DNA of 64,000 nucleotides from Vicugna vicugna (taxonomy: Eukaryota): NCBI GenBank assembly GCA_013265495.1, contig MU058037.1, positions 559,498 through 623,497 on the forward strand. The letters run 5' to 3'. Below, piece after piece: positions 34,450-48,085 of the stretch. Each line of letters starts with the position of its first letter. The first letter of the stretch is position 1. The position numbers and the translations under genes are program-made. The notes below the pieces were generated by a model. The model saw nothing but the letters and a program-made list of their open reading frames with translations, was not told where the DNA came from and searched no databases.

Positions 34450-34635
34450 TGTTTTCCCACTTAATGCTCACCATAATCCAATAAAGTCAGGTATTTTTAC
34501 AACCCCATTTCACAAGTGAATAAACCAAGTTTCAAGGTCAACTAATGTGGCCATAGGTTCCCACTGAGTAAATTACCAAACCTGCAACATTCAAACCCAA
34601 TTAGTCTTTAAAGTATTTTCTAATTCCACCATACT
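34450..34635 (-). mobile_element. MIR
   Basis: ccccatttcacaagtgaataaaccaag; attcaaacccaa. Confidence 0.55.
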
Positions 34636-36744
34636 GCTAGACCCTGCAGCATTTCATAATATTATAACAAAAGAGTTTCTCTGGGGGAATTAAAAGCATA
34701 AATGTCAATTAGAACTAACCTAATAAAAGGTTTCCATATTATGTTTACAAAACAGAAAACTACTAATGTCTATTAGGTTGGACTGATTTGTTTTCTTGTT
34801 GAAGGTGACTGGGGAGCTAAACAGTGCTGTTTTATTCATTGGGATGCTTTATGCTTCAGTAGCTGTAAATATTAACAGAATTAAAGACTTTAACAGCAGT
34901 CTAATGTGAATGCTCTGAAAAACTATTTTACCAGGTTCTTAGGCTAGGCAGGTTTTCATTTTATTAGAGCCTTGTTAATTTAAAATTTATTGGAAGTATT
35001 GATTTTACCTGCTATTCTAAGCATTCCTGTGATGTTAGTTTCATTATCTCAGTTTACTACAGTCTATACATGTTTAAAACAGATAAAGGTGGAGATAAAT
35101 TATTATTATTTTTAATAGACACAAGCATACTAAAATGCACTGAATATTTATCTTTTTAACTCCTCAAAGTCATATTTTTGACAATTTAAATGAAAGCTTG
35201 CCTAGACTGTTTAAATTTTCTTTAATGATAAAAATGTGTTAAATAAATAAATATTATTAAAAGTTTACAAGGAGCATCTTTTAACCTGCTGAAGACATCA
35301 ATTTTTTTTCAAGCACATTACTAATACCATTTACATGTTTTATTAAAAAATACCTGTTAATGCAAGGGCCTAAAGCCTGATTGCTCTCACTTTGTTAGCC
35401 TCATTAAAATCAGCACCATAAGAATATTTGACTATTTTCCTATCTTTTCAGAAATCCAGATCTAGTTTCCTACCAATTAGTCAAGTTTATGTTTAATTTG
35501 CTTTATTTTCATACATGATGACCATCAAATATAATGAGATGAAATGCTCCAGGTAGAACTAAACATTAGGGATAATAGAATATACAATTAAGAAAATGAC
35601 CATAGAGGCTAATTCCTATATTAGAAAAGTACCTGAGTCCTAGGATTTCAGAGCACTCTGAACCAACTAAGCAAATGCCTAATTACCCAATGACTGGGCC
35701 AGGTCTAGTCATAAATGAGAGCATATGGTCCTTGGAGAAATCAAATGCATATACTGAATTCCATTCATAATGCTATTACTGTATAAGTATCTTTGGCAGT
35801 TTATTAAAATCTTTATAATGGTTATGAAACCCTTGTACTACTTGAACAAGAAAATAATCCACATTTCAGAGAGACAATTGTTTTAATAGAAATTACTTTC
35901 CTGATTACAGTTATTCAGCATAAGTTAAGAAAGGAATAAAATTTAATGAATTGGCTAAGTATAACCTGTGAAATAATATTAAAATGCATCCATTTATATA
36001 GTTATATGACAGAACACTTCTGTGAAACATTACGAAAAATTATATGAAAGAAATATATCATTTATGCATAGCATAATAAATGCATTGACTAGTTCCTTGG
36101 TATCTTCAAAGAACTATACTTAGGAATTAAAAACTGGAAATTGCATGATCTCTAGTACAAGGGGTTCAAAGCCTAATGAGGACATCAACATGGGAAAAGC
36201 ATCATTATATTTCAGTGTGAAAAATATAATAATAATGATGATAATAATTATGGTGTCAAAATAATAAGGGAGCAGTAAACTACCAGGGAAATCAGAAAGG
36301 TCTTCAAAAAAGAGGCAATAGTTAGGGTTGCCCTTAGGACATACATTTCACCAGAGAGAAAGAGGTAGGACTGTGATACTGACAAAACAATAAGTATAGG
36401 GGGTATTTAATCAAATAGCACACTGGGCTAATTAAGCTACCTTTCTACTCATTAAAAAATCCCAAGCACTGAAACAAAGTATATAAAAATATATGCCACT
36501 GAATATATACATCTATATATGATATATATAAACATGTGCATATCCATATATGCACACACACACTTATAACTCAAATGATCATCAGTGGACAAGAAAATTT
36601 GGAGAAAGCTGAAAAATGGAAAGCAGAAGGGATTGGATCGATATGTTTTCTAGGAGAGCCTAAATTACTGAAATTTACAGGTGAAAATGTAGAAACAATA
36701 ATAGATCAAAGCCATAAAAGAAAGTACAAAGGTAGTAAAAATTT

Positions 36745-38045
36745 CTGACCTTAAAATAGACACCAACCAACACTCAACTTAGGATGAAATAAATTTGAGT
36801 AGTCTAATAACTAATAAAGAAAATTAATTCATAGTTTAAAACCTCCTGAAAAAGATACCTTTATCCTCATACACTTTTACTGGGGAGTTCTACCAAACAT
36901 TTAAAGAAGAATTAATACCAATTTGACACAATCCCTTCCAGAAAATAGAAGCGGAGGAAATACCACCATTTCACTTTGTGAGGCCAGCATTACCCTGATT
37001 CCAAAACAAGACAGGAGTCAAAAGCAAAAACAAAAATCAATGACCAGCATTTCTCATGACCATAGATCTAAAACTTCTCAATATTTATTAGCAAATGAAA
37101 TCCAGCAGTATATTTGAAAATATGTACAGTGACCAAATGAGGTTTATTTCAGGAATGCTACACTGGTTCAGTATTCAAAAATCAACCAATGTCACCTACA
37201 TATTAACAAACTAAAAAAATCATATGATCATACCAAAAGATGCAGAGCAATAATATGACAAAATTCAACACTCATTCATGATATAAAAAATCTCAGCAAA
37301 CTAACAATAGAATGGAATTCCCTCAAGGTGATAAAGAGCATCTACCTAAAACTAAACCTAATATCATACTTAATGGCAAAAGACTGAACATTTTCCCCCT
37401 AAGAAGGAAGCAAGAAACAGATGTCCCCTATCACTGTTTTTATTCAGCATAGTACAGGAAATCCTAGAGAGTAAAATGAGACAAGAAAATGAAATTTAAA
37501 GGCATGCAGTTGGGAAATAAGTAAAACAGTCCCTACTTGTAAGTGATAGGATTGTCTATGTAGAAAAACCCAAGGAATCTCCAAAAAAGAAAAAAAGGAA
37601 AAGAAAAAGAAGGAACTGTTAGAATAAGTCACTTCAGCAAGGTCACAAGATCAGCACACAAAAATCAGTTAGCTGTATTTCAATGGATGAGCAACGAACA
37701 TGTAGAAACTAAAATTTAAAACAATACCATTTACATTCATTCAAAAATGAAATATTTATGTATAGATCTAGCAATAAATATACAAGATTTGTATAATGAA
37801 ATCTACACAACTCTGATGAAAAAAAATCAAAGAAGAGCTGCATAGATGTAGAGGTAAACCACTTTGATAGATCAGAAGATCAACATAGTAAAGTCAGTTG
37901 TCTCCAAGTTTATATACAGCTTTAATGCAATTTCTATCAAAATCCTAGAAAGGTTTTTTGTAGATATAGACAAGATAATTCTAAACTTTATGTGGAAAGT
38001 CAAAAGAACTAGAATAGCTAAAACAAATTTAGAAAAAAGAATTTA
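36745..38045 (+). mobile_element. Old L1 ORF2 RT segment
   Basis: ttttactggggagttctaccaaacatttaaagaaga; ORF 36923 (CEASITLIPK); ORF 37864 (FNAISIKI..DKIILNFMWK..RIAKT). Confidence 0.9.
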
Positions 38046-39030
38046 GTGTCACATATTTCTTAAAATCCTTTCACATATTTTTTGTACCATTCTCTTTCCT
38101 GTCCCCCTAGGCCTCCACATCCACATAAATTAGATTTGCTGTATGATTGTTCAGATAGCCAGTGATACTAGAGAATTCCTATACATCTGTCTCTGAATTT
38201 ACTTACTCCTTCTCTGTCACCTCTAATCTATTAAGTGAATTTTCTAGCTCAGATATTATAATTTTTAGTTCTAGAATCTCCATTTGTTTCTGGTTTTAAG
38301 TAGTTTTTATTTCTTTGTTGAAATTTCCTTTTGTGCTATTTATTATGAGCATATTTCCATTTACTTCATTGAATATAGTTATAGGATCTGCTGTATTTTC
38401 TATAGGGGTAATTAGATTGATTTATTTATTAAGTTTTTATTAAGTTACTTTTTAATGGAGGTACTAGTGATTAAACCCAGGACCTTGTACTTGCTAAGCA
38501 TGTGTGCTAACCACTGAGCTATACCCTCCCCCTGCTGTATTTTCTTAAGTCTTATAATGTTGACTTGCATCATGGAAATTTTATTGATACATTTCATAAA
38601 CTTTGTATTCTATCATGTTCCCTGGAATAGCATTGAGTTTTCTGCTTTAATCAGGAAGTAGACTTGGTTGAACTCAGATTTCAAATTCTGTCTCCTCTGT
38701 GGTAGGCAGAAGATGAAATTTGTCATTTCTTTCAGCCTTAGCTGTGCTGCTTAGAGTCTGCCTTGCACATGGATAGTACGTGTGAGTCAAGAATCAACCA
38801 AATATTTGTGCAGAAATTATATGCAAAATCTGGACCTTCCCTTTGGTGGCTCTCTATTTTCTCAGATTTTAACTTTGACTTTTCTCCTGCTGTGGTTTCC
38901 AAAAACTCTGTCCTTGAATTTATTAAGCAGTAAACTGTGGCATTTTATCTGAGTTTTGGATACCCAGCATTGTGCCCGGACCTGTCCTTAGGCAAAAGGC
39001 CATAAAAATGGAACGCTCTGTAACATTCCC
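38046..39030 (-). mobile_element. Old L1 ORF1/5' region (L1ME/HAL1-like), antisense
   Basis: tcagatattataatttttagttctagaatctccatttg; ttgagcata-like cattgaatatagttata; typical antisense L1M ORF1 composition. Confidence 0.55.
38402..38531 (-). mobile_element. tRNA-derived SINE (Vic-1 type)
   Basis: ggggtaattag...ttttaatggaggtactagtgattaaacccaggaccttg...accactgagctataccctcccc; 14-bp TSD ctgctgtattttct at 38388-38401 and 38532-38545. Confidence 0.92.
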
Positions 39031-39614
39031 TTTTCCTAATGAACCTACCTATACCTAAACTTTCTTTGTAGGAAAGTTTTAAATTAAGTAATGTTTAAAA
39101 GTAGAACTTCAAAAAGTAATCCCTTTAATCTTTTCACTCTATCTCTGTACCAGGCACATCTATAATTACCATTTCCTTAGCAGTGTGTTGCAATTTATCA
39201 TGTTTCTTCTTAATTCTTTGTTAAAACAATCAATTTTGTGATTTACAAATTTAAATAAATGAACTCATTATTTTTGCTTTCTTACAGAATTGAGATAATT
39301 TTGCCTCAGTTATGTAATTCATATTCCATTTGTGTAATATTAAAAATTTGATTTTTGTGGCCTAAAATTGAAACTAAGTAGCACTGTATAATCAGTTAAA
39401 ATAATATAATTATATTTTAATTTCTGTTCCTAATAGTACTTTTAAACCCTGTAACACTGTAACACTATTCTTTAATCTTCATCTTCAGATTTACATAGGA
39501 TATTTTTTCAAATACTTTGACTATCTAATCCTCAGTAATTTAATGGTCATTTACACATGATTATAAATAAGCGGAGAAAATCTTGTTCTGGCTTTAAAAT
39601 TCTATATTCATACA

Positions 39615-40090
39615 TTTATGATAACTTTTTGCTGCAGTGACAGAAGCTCAACTCCAAAATACTTGAGCCAAGTGGAGAATTTATTAGATAACATAATTTG
39701 GAGCATCCTAAGATCAGCTAGTTTCAGATATGGCTCAATCCAGGGTTTGATCGGTGTTATCACATATCTGACCCTTTTCAGCCCTTACCTCTGTATTCAT
39801 CCTCTATATTTGCTTCATTCTCAGGCATGCTTTTCCCATGCGAAGTTAGTACCAAAGATAATAACATTCAGATAAGTCTTTCAGCCATCAGTCTCTTCAT
39901 TTTCCCAAATAGTCCTAGCCAAAATAAAAGAGAGCTCTTACTGGTCCAATATAGGACACAATGTAGGTATTTAAGTACAATAATCTCTGTAGGTAGGTTT
40001 TAGTGCTCTAATTGGCTATGTTTGGATCATTGTCTCATCCCTGGTTTAAAAGGGTAGGGTCAACTCTGAGACGACTGAAGTTGGAGCCTC
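39615..40090 (-). mobile_element. Old MaLR LTR (MLT1J/K/L-like)
   Basis: gctgcagtgacagaagctcaactc, tttcagatatggctcaatccaggg, gcttcattctcaggcatgct, tgctctaattggcta. Confidence 0.55.
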
Positions 40091-40589
40091 AAAAGAAAAT
40101 AAGGGTGAACATGTACTCAGTATAATCAAGTAAAATATACTACAATATCAGATGCTGTTAGATTGGATGGTTTCACTATTAAAGTACTTTCATTTTACTT
40201 ATTTCTTTTCGTGGCTAAATAAATTTGGTGATTATTATATATTCCTTTTTATTATCTTCTACCAGAAATACAGCATGTGGAATAATACCCTTGTTCCGTG
40301 TCAGCGCACTTCTTACGCCTGTCACTGATTTTTTCTTACCTTCAGAGTCGGGCTAAACATAGTAAATTGTTGTTCTGTGTGCCAAAATAGTCCATGAAAT
40401 ATTGTTATTCTCTCATTTGAAGAAGACACATAAAAGCCAAGCTTTGTTCTTGGTATTTTTTCAAAATATATAATTAAATATAAATACATTTATAATGATG
40501 AGTATACACTGGCTAAAAGAATGTTTTGACATTCTAAGTAAGTCTCCATAAATAGTATAATTAGGCCCCAAATTCTCCTGGTCTTTTAT

Positions 40590-41941
40590 AAGTAAGTAAT
40601 TCTTCCAAAAATTCAAAAAGGACTTAATACCAATTTTTCATAAACTTTTCCAAAAATATCAGATGAGTGACTGTCCTGTGAATTCAGAACTACCCTTATA
40701 CCCAAACAAGAGAAAACATCACAAGGAAAGAAAACTAAAGACTAGTAAGTCTTATGAATATAGATGCAAAAATCCTCAACACAGTATTAGCAAACCTAAT
40801 CAAGTAACATATAAAAAGGATTATATACCATGACCAAATGGGATTTATCCCAGGAATACAAAACTAGCTTAACATCCCAAAATTAATATATCATATTAAT
40901 GGAATAAAAGATAAAATCATAATCATCTGAAAAGATGCTAAGGAAGCGTTGATAAAATTCAACATATTTTCCTGACTGAAACACTCAACCAACTAGAAAT
41001 AGAAGATAACTCCTTCAGCATGAGAAAGAGCATTTATTAAAAACCCACAGAGTAGCCCAAACAATATTGAAAAAGATGAAAGTTAGAGGACTCACATTTC
41101 CTAATTTTAAAGATTACAAAGCTATAGTAATCAAGATAGTATAGTACTAGTGTCAGGGTAGACATATAAATCAATACAATAAAGTTGAGAGTATATGAAT
41201 GAGCTCTTACGTTTATATTCAATTAATTATGTTTGACAAGGATACCAAGAAAATAAAATGGGTAAAGACTAGTCTTTTCAACAAATGATGCTTGGCACAG
41301 CTAAATACCCACACACAAAAGAATGAATTTGGACTCTCACCTGACACCATACTCAAAAGTTAACTCAGAATGGATCATAGTACTAAATATAAGAGATTAC
41401 ACTATAAAACTCTGAAAAGAAGACATTTTCTCGGCTTAATCTGTAGTTTTTTAGATATAGCCACAAATGTGCAAGTGACAAAAGGAAAAAAAATAGTTAA
41501 CTTTTACAGCTTGAAAAACTTATTTGTTGCAAATGATACTATCAAACAAGTGAAAAAACAACCCACAGAATGAGAGAAAATATTTGAAAGTAATATCTCT
41601 GATAAGAGATTTTATTGAGAATATATATATATATATAGTATTCTTACAACTCAATAGTAAAAAGACAATCTGATTTATAAATGGTCAAGGGATTTCAAAA
41701 GATATTTCTCAAAAAAAGATACACAAATGGCCAATAAATACATGAAAATATTCTCACCATCAGTAATCCTCAGAGAGATACAAATCAAGACTACAATGGA
41801 TACCACTTCACACCCATTAGGATTACTATAATCAGAACAGACAATAGCAATTGTTGGTGAGGATGTGGAGAAACTGGAACCCCCACACATCACTGGTAGG
41901 AATGTAAAATGGTGTGGACACTTTGGAAAACAGTCTGGCAA
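40590..41941 (+). mobile_element. Old L1 (L1MB/MC-age) ORF2, RT to Cys-rich region with an internal deletion
   Basis: tatgaatatagatgcaaaaatcctcaac; gggatttatcccaggaatacaa; ggtgaggatgtggagaaactggaacc; cactttggaaaacagtctggca. Confidence 0.9.
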
Positions 41942-42484
41942 TATATGGGAGTGTGGTACAGTAATATCATTTTTTTCTATGTTGTAAAGCATGACAGATT
42001 TTGGAAGGCACTCACTTATCTACCCCAGTCATTATTTTGCCAAGAGTGGGTGCAATTTCCTTGGATCATTGGCTAGTTAGTCTCAGTCAAGTATCAGGCA
42101 GTAGAAGGAAAAAATCTAATTCCAGGTGTCTAGATTAGAATATACTAGCCTAACTTCAGTGAAATGAAGTGGAATTATTTTCCTTGGCACAATTCCCCAT
42201 AGTGGTACAAGCTGAAAATGCAGAGTGTGTTGAAGAAGGGCAGTGTTCGCAGCATGCACGAGTAGCAGAGCTTTCCTATCTCCCCACATCCTTCAGTGTT
42301 TGATTTGTAACTGCTGCATACTCACAGGATGAAAGGTACACTAACCTGTATCACATCTATTCCCTTTTCTCTTATCTTCCTCCCCGCATCCCTTTATGCT
42401 ACTATTCTGATCAGATAAAGAAAATTGGAAGGGCAGGCAGAGGTAAACAGGAGATTAAGTTATATTGATTAACTGAAAGGAGAA

Positions 42485-42931
42485 TGCATTAGTTTCTAGG
42501 GATGTTATAATAAAATACTACAGAGTGAGTGGCATAAAACAACAAAATTATTCTCTCACAGTTCTGGAGGGTAAAAGTCTAAAATGAAGTTTTTGGTAGC
42601 ACTGGGCTCCCTCTGAGGGCTCTAGGGGAGCATCTGTTCCATACCTTTCTCCTAGTTTCTGGTGGTTTCTAGCAATCCTTGATGCTCCTTGGCTTGTAGA
42701 TACAGCATTCCAATCTTGGCCTCCATACATGATGTTCTCCTCTTTATGTCTCCATATTCAAAATTTATTCTTCTTATAAGGACACCAGTCATATTGGACC
42801 CTTCCTAATCCATTATGGCCTCATCATAATTTAAGCTAATTAATCTGCAAAACCTCTATTTCCAAATAAGGTCATATTCATAGGTACTGGGTGGACATTA
42901 ATTTGGAGGGCTCACTATTTAACCCACTACA
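42485..42931 (-). mobile_element. MaLR solo LTR MLT1C-like
   Basis: tgcattagtttctaggg...ttattctctcacagttctggagg...cttcttataaggacaccagtcatattgga...tatttccaaataaggtcatattc...aacccactaca. Confidence 0.9.
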
Positions 42932-42975
42932 GACAGTAATAGTGCAGTACCAAAGGCTATCCACGTGTGTATGCA

Positions 42976-42998
42976 TGTGTGTGTGTGTGTGTGTGTGT
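42976..42998. repeat. (TG)n microsatellite
   Basis: Direct reading. Confidence 0.9.
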
Positions 42999-43069
42999 TT
43001 GTGGTGTAGAAGCTAGGAGCAGATTGGGAGGAAAGGAGTGTGTGTATCTTTAGTATGTTTATCACTGAA

Positions 43070-43270
43070 TATTTTCTTTGCCCCGGGCTCTGCACTGTAG
43101 GGCAAACAGCATTTCATTTAACCCTTGCAACAGTCCTGTGCCATGGGTATTGTCATCTCAAGTCTCCAGATGAGAAAGTTGATGTTCGGTAATGATGTCT
43201 AGCAAGGTCACAGTGTTACTGAGTGATTTAGCCTGGTTTCATATGATGCATGTCTACCTCCAAAGCTCAT
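43070..43270 (-). mobile_element. MIR
   Basis: catttcatttaacccttgcaacagtcctgtg; ccagatgagaaagttga; caaggtcacag. Confidence 0.65.
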
Positions 43271-45674
43271 CAAGTTAAGCACTAATCTCTATTGCCATAA
43301 ATCTCTTAAGGAAAAGTGTTAGGCTGTAGTGACTGAAAGGATTTGAGGGAAGTCTAAGATGATGCAAGTCTTAGATTGGATAATTGGGGGACTAGCTGAT
43401 ACTGCTAATAAATATTAAAATGAGAAAATCATCAGGAAGCAGGCTATGGCTTTTTTATTGTTTTGGTTGAGAAAGGGAGTAAGGGATGTCAGTGGGAATC
43501 CAGATTAAAACACATGTTAATGTAAAGAATCTGAGAATTTGATTGAGGGTGATCAGTTTGTGATCTGCATTATCCTGCAGTTCCACACAGCATCATTTTT
43601 CAGTATCCAGCCACTATGTGCTTTTCATTTGATTCAGAGCCTAGAACAGGCATGAAGCCACCTGCCTTGAGTGCTCCATATACCACCACAGAAAATAATT
43701 TTTTTCACTCAGTGTTTTTTTTTCACTTTGTTCAAATTCACTTAAAATGTATTAATCATAAAAGGACAAAAAAGACATACCCCATGTTTGTTTGCTTTTC
43801 CTAATAAAATATGTGCTGCTGGATCTAGCTTCAGCCATTTGTTCCTGTCTAATCAGAAGTCACTGTCCTCAATTTAGCTTTGTTTTGGCCATTACACGCT
43901 GTGTTCTCTGCAGTATTTTAGTTGATTGTGCCTGGGTGAGTCACTCTTCAGGTGAATTTTTTTTATTAAGGCTATTTGTAAAAACCAACCACTACAACAA
44001 AAAGAGTATGGGATTAGCTTGGTATGTTTTAAAAAAAAATTCATCTCAAGATTAGATGCAGTAACTCTAGCAGGAAAATGCTAATGGAAACATTGCACAA
44101 ATTTTTCTAGTTGCTTAAAACAAAAATAAACTACGAGATATTCTTAATAACTATGAAAATTATATATAATGGATTTTTAATCCTTGCAAATATGCTTAAT
44201 TTTTCTTGGTGGTGCTTAGATTTTATTGCATACAATAGATTTACTGTCTATTATTAAAACATATTAAAAGTAGTATTGGGCAGTGTAATACTGTTTGCAA
44301 TTCAGAATATAGAGAGACTCCTTTACCATTTGAAGAAAGTCAAGAATATTATTTTTTATATAAAATATGCTTCAAATAATGACCATTTTATTTAAGAGTC
44401 ATATATATGTATATATGTTACAATTCAAGAATTTGTTCTGGGGACATAAGTGAGTACTACAGAGTATTTATTCATATTCTATTCAACTGGGGAGAGTAGA
44501 TTTGAAAAAAAGAGTATTTTCCATAGTTGTGACTACAAGGTTTATCTTTTTCCCTATAATCTCTGCTTATTTTATAGTATTCTTATTTTTATGTTCTTTT
44601 TTTAATTACTAATTTACATTGAGCTCCTGGAGAGAAGATACTGATGGTTATTTTCCAGCAATGATATTAGAAGCAATTTGCAGGAGCTAGGAAACATATT
44701 AAATAAGTGTGCTGTCTCTAAAATGAATGGTTCAAATATGATTTGAATCGTTTTCATAGAAAATAAGCTTTTATTGAACCAGGTGTATATCAGTTATAGA
44801 ATCAGTTAAAGAGGATTTGGCATATTGGTTTATATATCCCTTAACCGTCTATGTAAATTAGTGAATTTATTTAAATATATTATATGTAATTGTTTCTTAT
44901 TTTTCACCAGTACACAAGAAAATAATGAGACTCATATTGAATATGTAAAATTATAATGGTGACATTTGGAAATAAGTTTTTAAACTGAAAGTTTTCTTTG
45001 TATAAAAATATAATTGATCAGGCTACTATACTCTGGTTGCATATGCAGATTACTGTGAGGTAAAATAGAGTTGGAAATAGTTTGTAATTCCAGTATCAAA
45101 CTGACTACAGCATTCTTTATTATGACAAGTTTATTTTCATCTTCTGGAATTCTGTTTAATCAGCAGAAGAGTTGTAGATATAAGAATAAATAACATACGG
45201 TAATTAATACAGAGAATAGCTTCCAGCTGCATGATTTTGGGGTAGAAATTTTCTTACCATGGTTAGAAATTTTTGAGAAGGACTCGTGATGTATTTCAGG
45301 ATGTGCAGTGCCTTCCTTCTGAAGTTTTCTTGAGCCATTCCCCTCCTTCCTTTACATGGTGATGTGGAAAGAGCAGTGAGTCTTACCCCTCCTTCAGCCA
45401 GGTCTAGCCCATATTCCCCAGAAAATGCTCCTCATTCATTCACCCATGAACTATTTTATTAAGAAATACTGTGCTAGGTGCTAGACATATCAAGATGGAA
45501 TATTAGAGAGTCATAACTCTAGGTGCTTACAGATATGTGGAGTAAATGATGATGATAATTATAATAATGTGATAGGCATTATTCTGAGCATCTGAGAGAG
45601 GTCCCGATGAGATCACACACCAAAGTGCTGAATTCTTCCAGCAGAAACATAGTATAACCTAGTAGGTAATAGCT

Positions 45675-45902
45675 TGAGTTTCGGAATTGGAAATATTCAG
45701 GTCTGAATCTTATTTCCCCCACTAACTGGTGGCAAAACCATGGGCAAGGTACAGAATCTCCCTGAGCTTCCCTTTTCTCATCTCCTAAATGTAAATACTA
45801 CCAGATATGTCATGTGACTGTTCTGAGACTTGACTAAATCCAGTTTGGGCAGTGTTTAGAACAGCACCTAACATGTGGTAAGCGCTCAAAATTAGTAGCT
45901 AC
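45675..45902 (+). mobile_element. MIR
   Basis: ccatgggcaagg...ctgagcttcccttttctcatctcctaaatg...tttagaacagcacctaacatgtggtaagcgctcaaaattagtagcta. Confidence 0.75.
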
Positions 45903-47174
45903 TTTTATTGCTATTGTTTTAACCAGCTATCTCAAAGCAGTCTTCTGTACTTCAGACAGTGCCACTGTAATTAACCGTCAATCCCTGCCCATCCCAATCC
46001 AACCCTGGGGAAACTAGATGCAGCACCCCACTCCACCAACACGACATCGTCTGCTCAGTGAAAAACACTTTTACTCAATCCTGAACATGTGAGATGAAGA
46101 CTAAGACCCAGCAGTCAGTGTCTAATCAGGTTACTAAGAGTTCTTTTTCGCTGTTGCCAGTAATGGATCTAGAAAAAATTTGCAGCATTCCTCATTTCAC
46201 TGTTTCATATGTGGATATTCGACTAAAGCCAAAAACACAGCATTAAAACATATTTTATTAAAAATACGCTTTTGGGAGAAATTTTATTTCAGAATTCTAT
46301 CTCATATCCAATAAATAAGAAAAGTCTCAAAGGATGGACCATCTGTTGTGGTTCATCACTGACCTTCATTGTGTCCAGGTTTGTAAGAGACCACTGACTT
46401 ACTAGTCAATGAATAAAAGCCTGGGCAATAATTATGATAAAATTCCATTACATATATATCAAGCAAAGCACTTCTCCATGTACTATCTCATTAGACTTCC
46501 CAACAATCCTGGACAAGCGTTATTTTCACCATTTTATAAATTTATCTTAAGAGAAATTACAGTGATGAGATATGAAATGTGTCAGCCCCAGGTAAAAAGA
46601 TAATAAAGGTTGGAGTTCACATTCTAGAGAGATTAGTAGCATCTTCTAAGACTCATTACTCCAGTCAAAAATTTCCAAAGTTGTTTTTTAAAGAGTAAAC
46701 CATTCTTAAATCTTGGAAACTCAATATATAAAAGAAATAGAGAGCTGTTATGGTTAAGTACAAATGGAATGGATTCCAACACCAGCTTGTATGTTGTTCC
46801 ACCTCACCCCAGTGCTCTTCCAGGGTGGCCTTTAAAGCACTGATGTTCCTAAGATCCTTGCTCAACTTGAAAACCACTGGTCAGTATCAGTGAGATGCAA
46901 AGGCTTCCACTTTGGAGATAAACAGCACAATTTTTAAAAAGTTTTGTGGGACCTCGATTATTATTTGCTTTCCTTATTTAGTATAAGACCTAAAAGATTA
47001 AAATGCATGTTCTCAGTCTACAGATATGGCTGATGCTTCTTGATTGAAACATATACAAATGTATTTAAGAAATAAAATTTTGCATTAGTGAAGTATTATT
47101 CTCATCTACCAAACTCTTGAAAACCAAAAGGATTTAGCCATAATAAAAAGGCCACATATATTTATGCACATGTG

Positions 47175-47180
<6 letters not shown>

Positions 47181-47208
<28 letters not shown>
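47181..47208. repeat. (CA)n microsatellite
   Basis: Direct reading. Confidence 0.95.
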
Positions 47209-47243
47209 TTCAGAACAGCAGAAACATCCTCCTTAGACTGATT

Positions 47244-47281
47244 ACCTATATTACCTATTTGCACCTATATTACCTATTTGC
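47244..47281. repeat. Perfect 19-bp tandem duplication
   Basis: acctatattacctatttgc twice (47244-47262, 47263-47281). Confidence 0.95.
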
Positions 47282-47419
47282 CTTTACTGAAACTTGGCTA
47301 TCTTCAGAAGATGAAGATTACTGAATTCCTTTAAAACAAAGCTATATTACCCTCCTCCAGGATTTCAGTACAGGTACCTTCCCTTTCTCTCCATTTTCAA
47401 TTACAGGTCATGATGCTCC

Positions 47420-48085
47420 TTCTACTCTTTTGCTTAAAAAAAATTCTTTCAGGAGCTCCCATCATAAAGCCTTCTCTACCTTCTTGTTGCTACTCCTTTA
47501 GAGTTCTTGATCACTCTCTTTCATTCACTGAAGAATTTATCACCTGATTTATATTCTTCCTTCACACAAACTTCTGTTATCATTCTTGGCAATTTTAAAA
47601 TCCATGTAGCCAAAAACTCATTCTGAATTTTTTGACTTGTCCCCATCACCATTGACCTGCTTCTCCATTCCACATCAGCCTGAACTAAGTCCGCAAAAAT
47701 TGCACTGCCCTCAACATCAGAAATGCAAACATCCCACTCCCTCAACATAGCATTCTACTCTTTTGCTTTAAAAAAAATTCTTTCAGGAGCTCCCATCATA
47801 AAGCCTTCTCTACCTTCTTGTTGCTACTCCTTTAGAGTTCTTGATCACTCTCTTTCATTCACTGAAGAATTTATCACCTGATTTATATTCTTCCTTCACA
47901 CAAACTTCTGTTATCATTCTTGGCAATTTTAAAATCCATGTAGCCAAAAACTCATTCTGAATTTTTTGACTTGTCCCCATCACCATTGACCTGCTTCTCC
48001 ATTCCACATCAGCCTGAACTAAGTCCGCAAAAATTGCACTGCCCTCAACATCAGAAATGCAAACATCCCACTCCCTCAACATAGC
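47420..48085. repeat. Near-perfect ~333-bp tandem duplication
   Basis: 47420-47751 and 47753-48085 read identical except one extra T near 47769; identical antisense ORFs at 47521 and 47855. Confidence 0.97.

Noticed and set aside
18549..43944. Scattered TGA(G/C)TCA AP-1 motifs
   Set aside because: A 7-mer is expected several times by chance in 64 kb; no clustering
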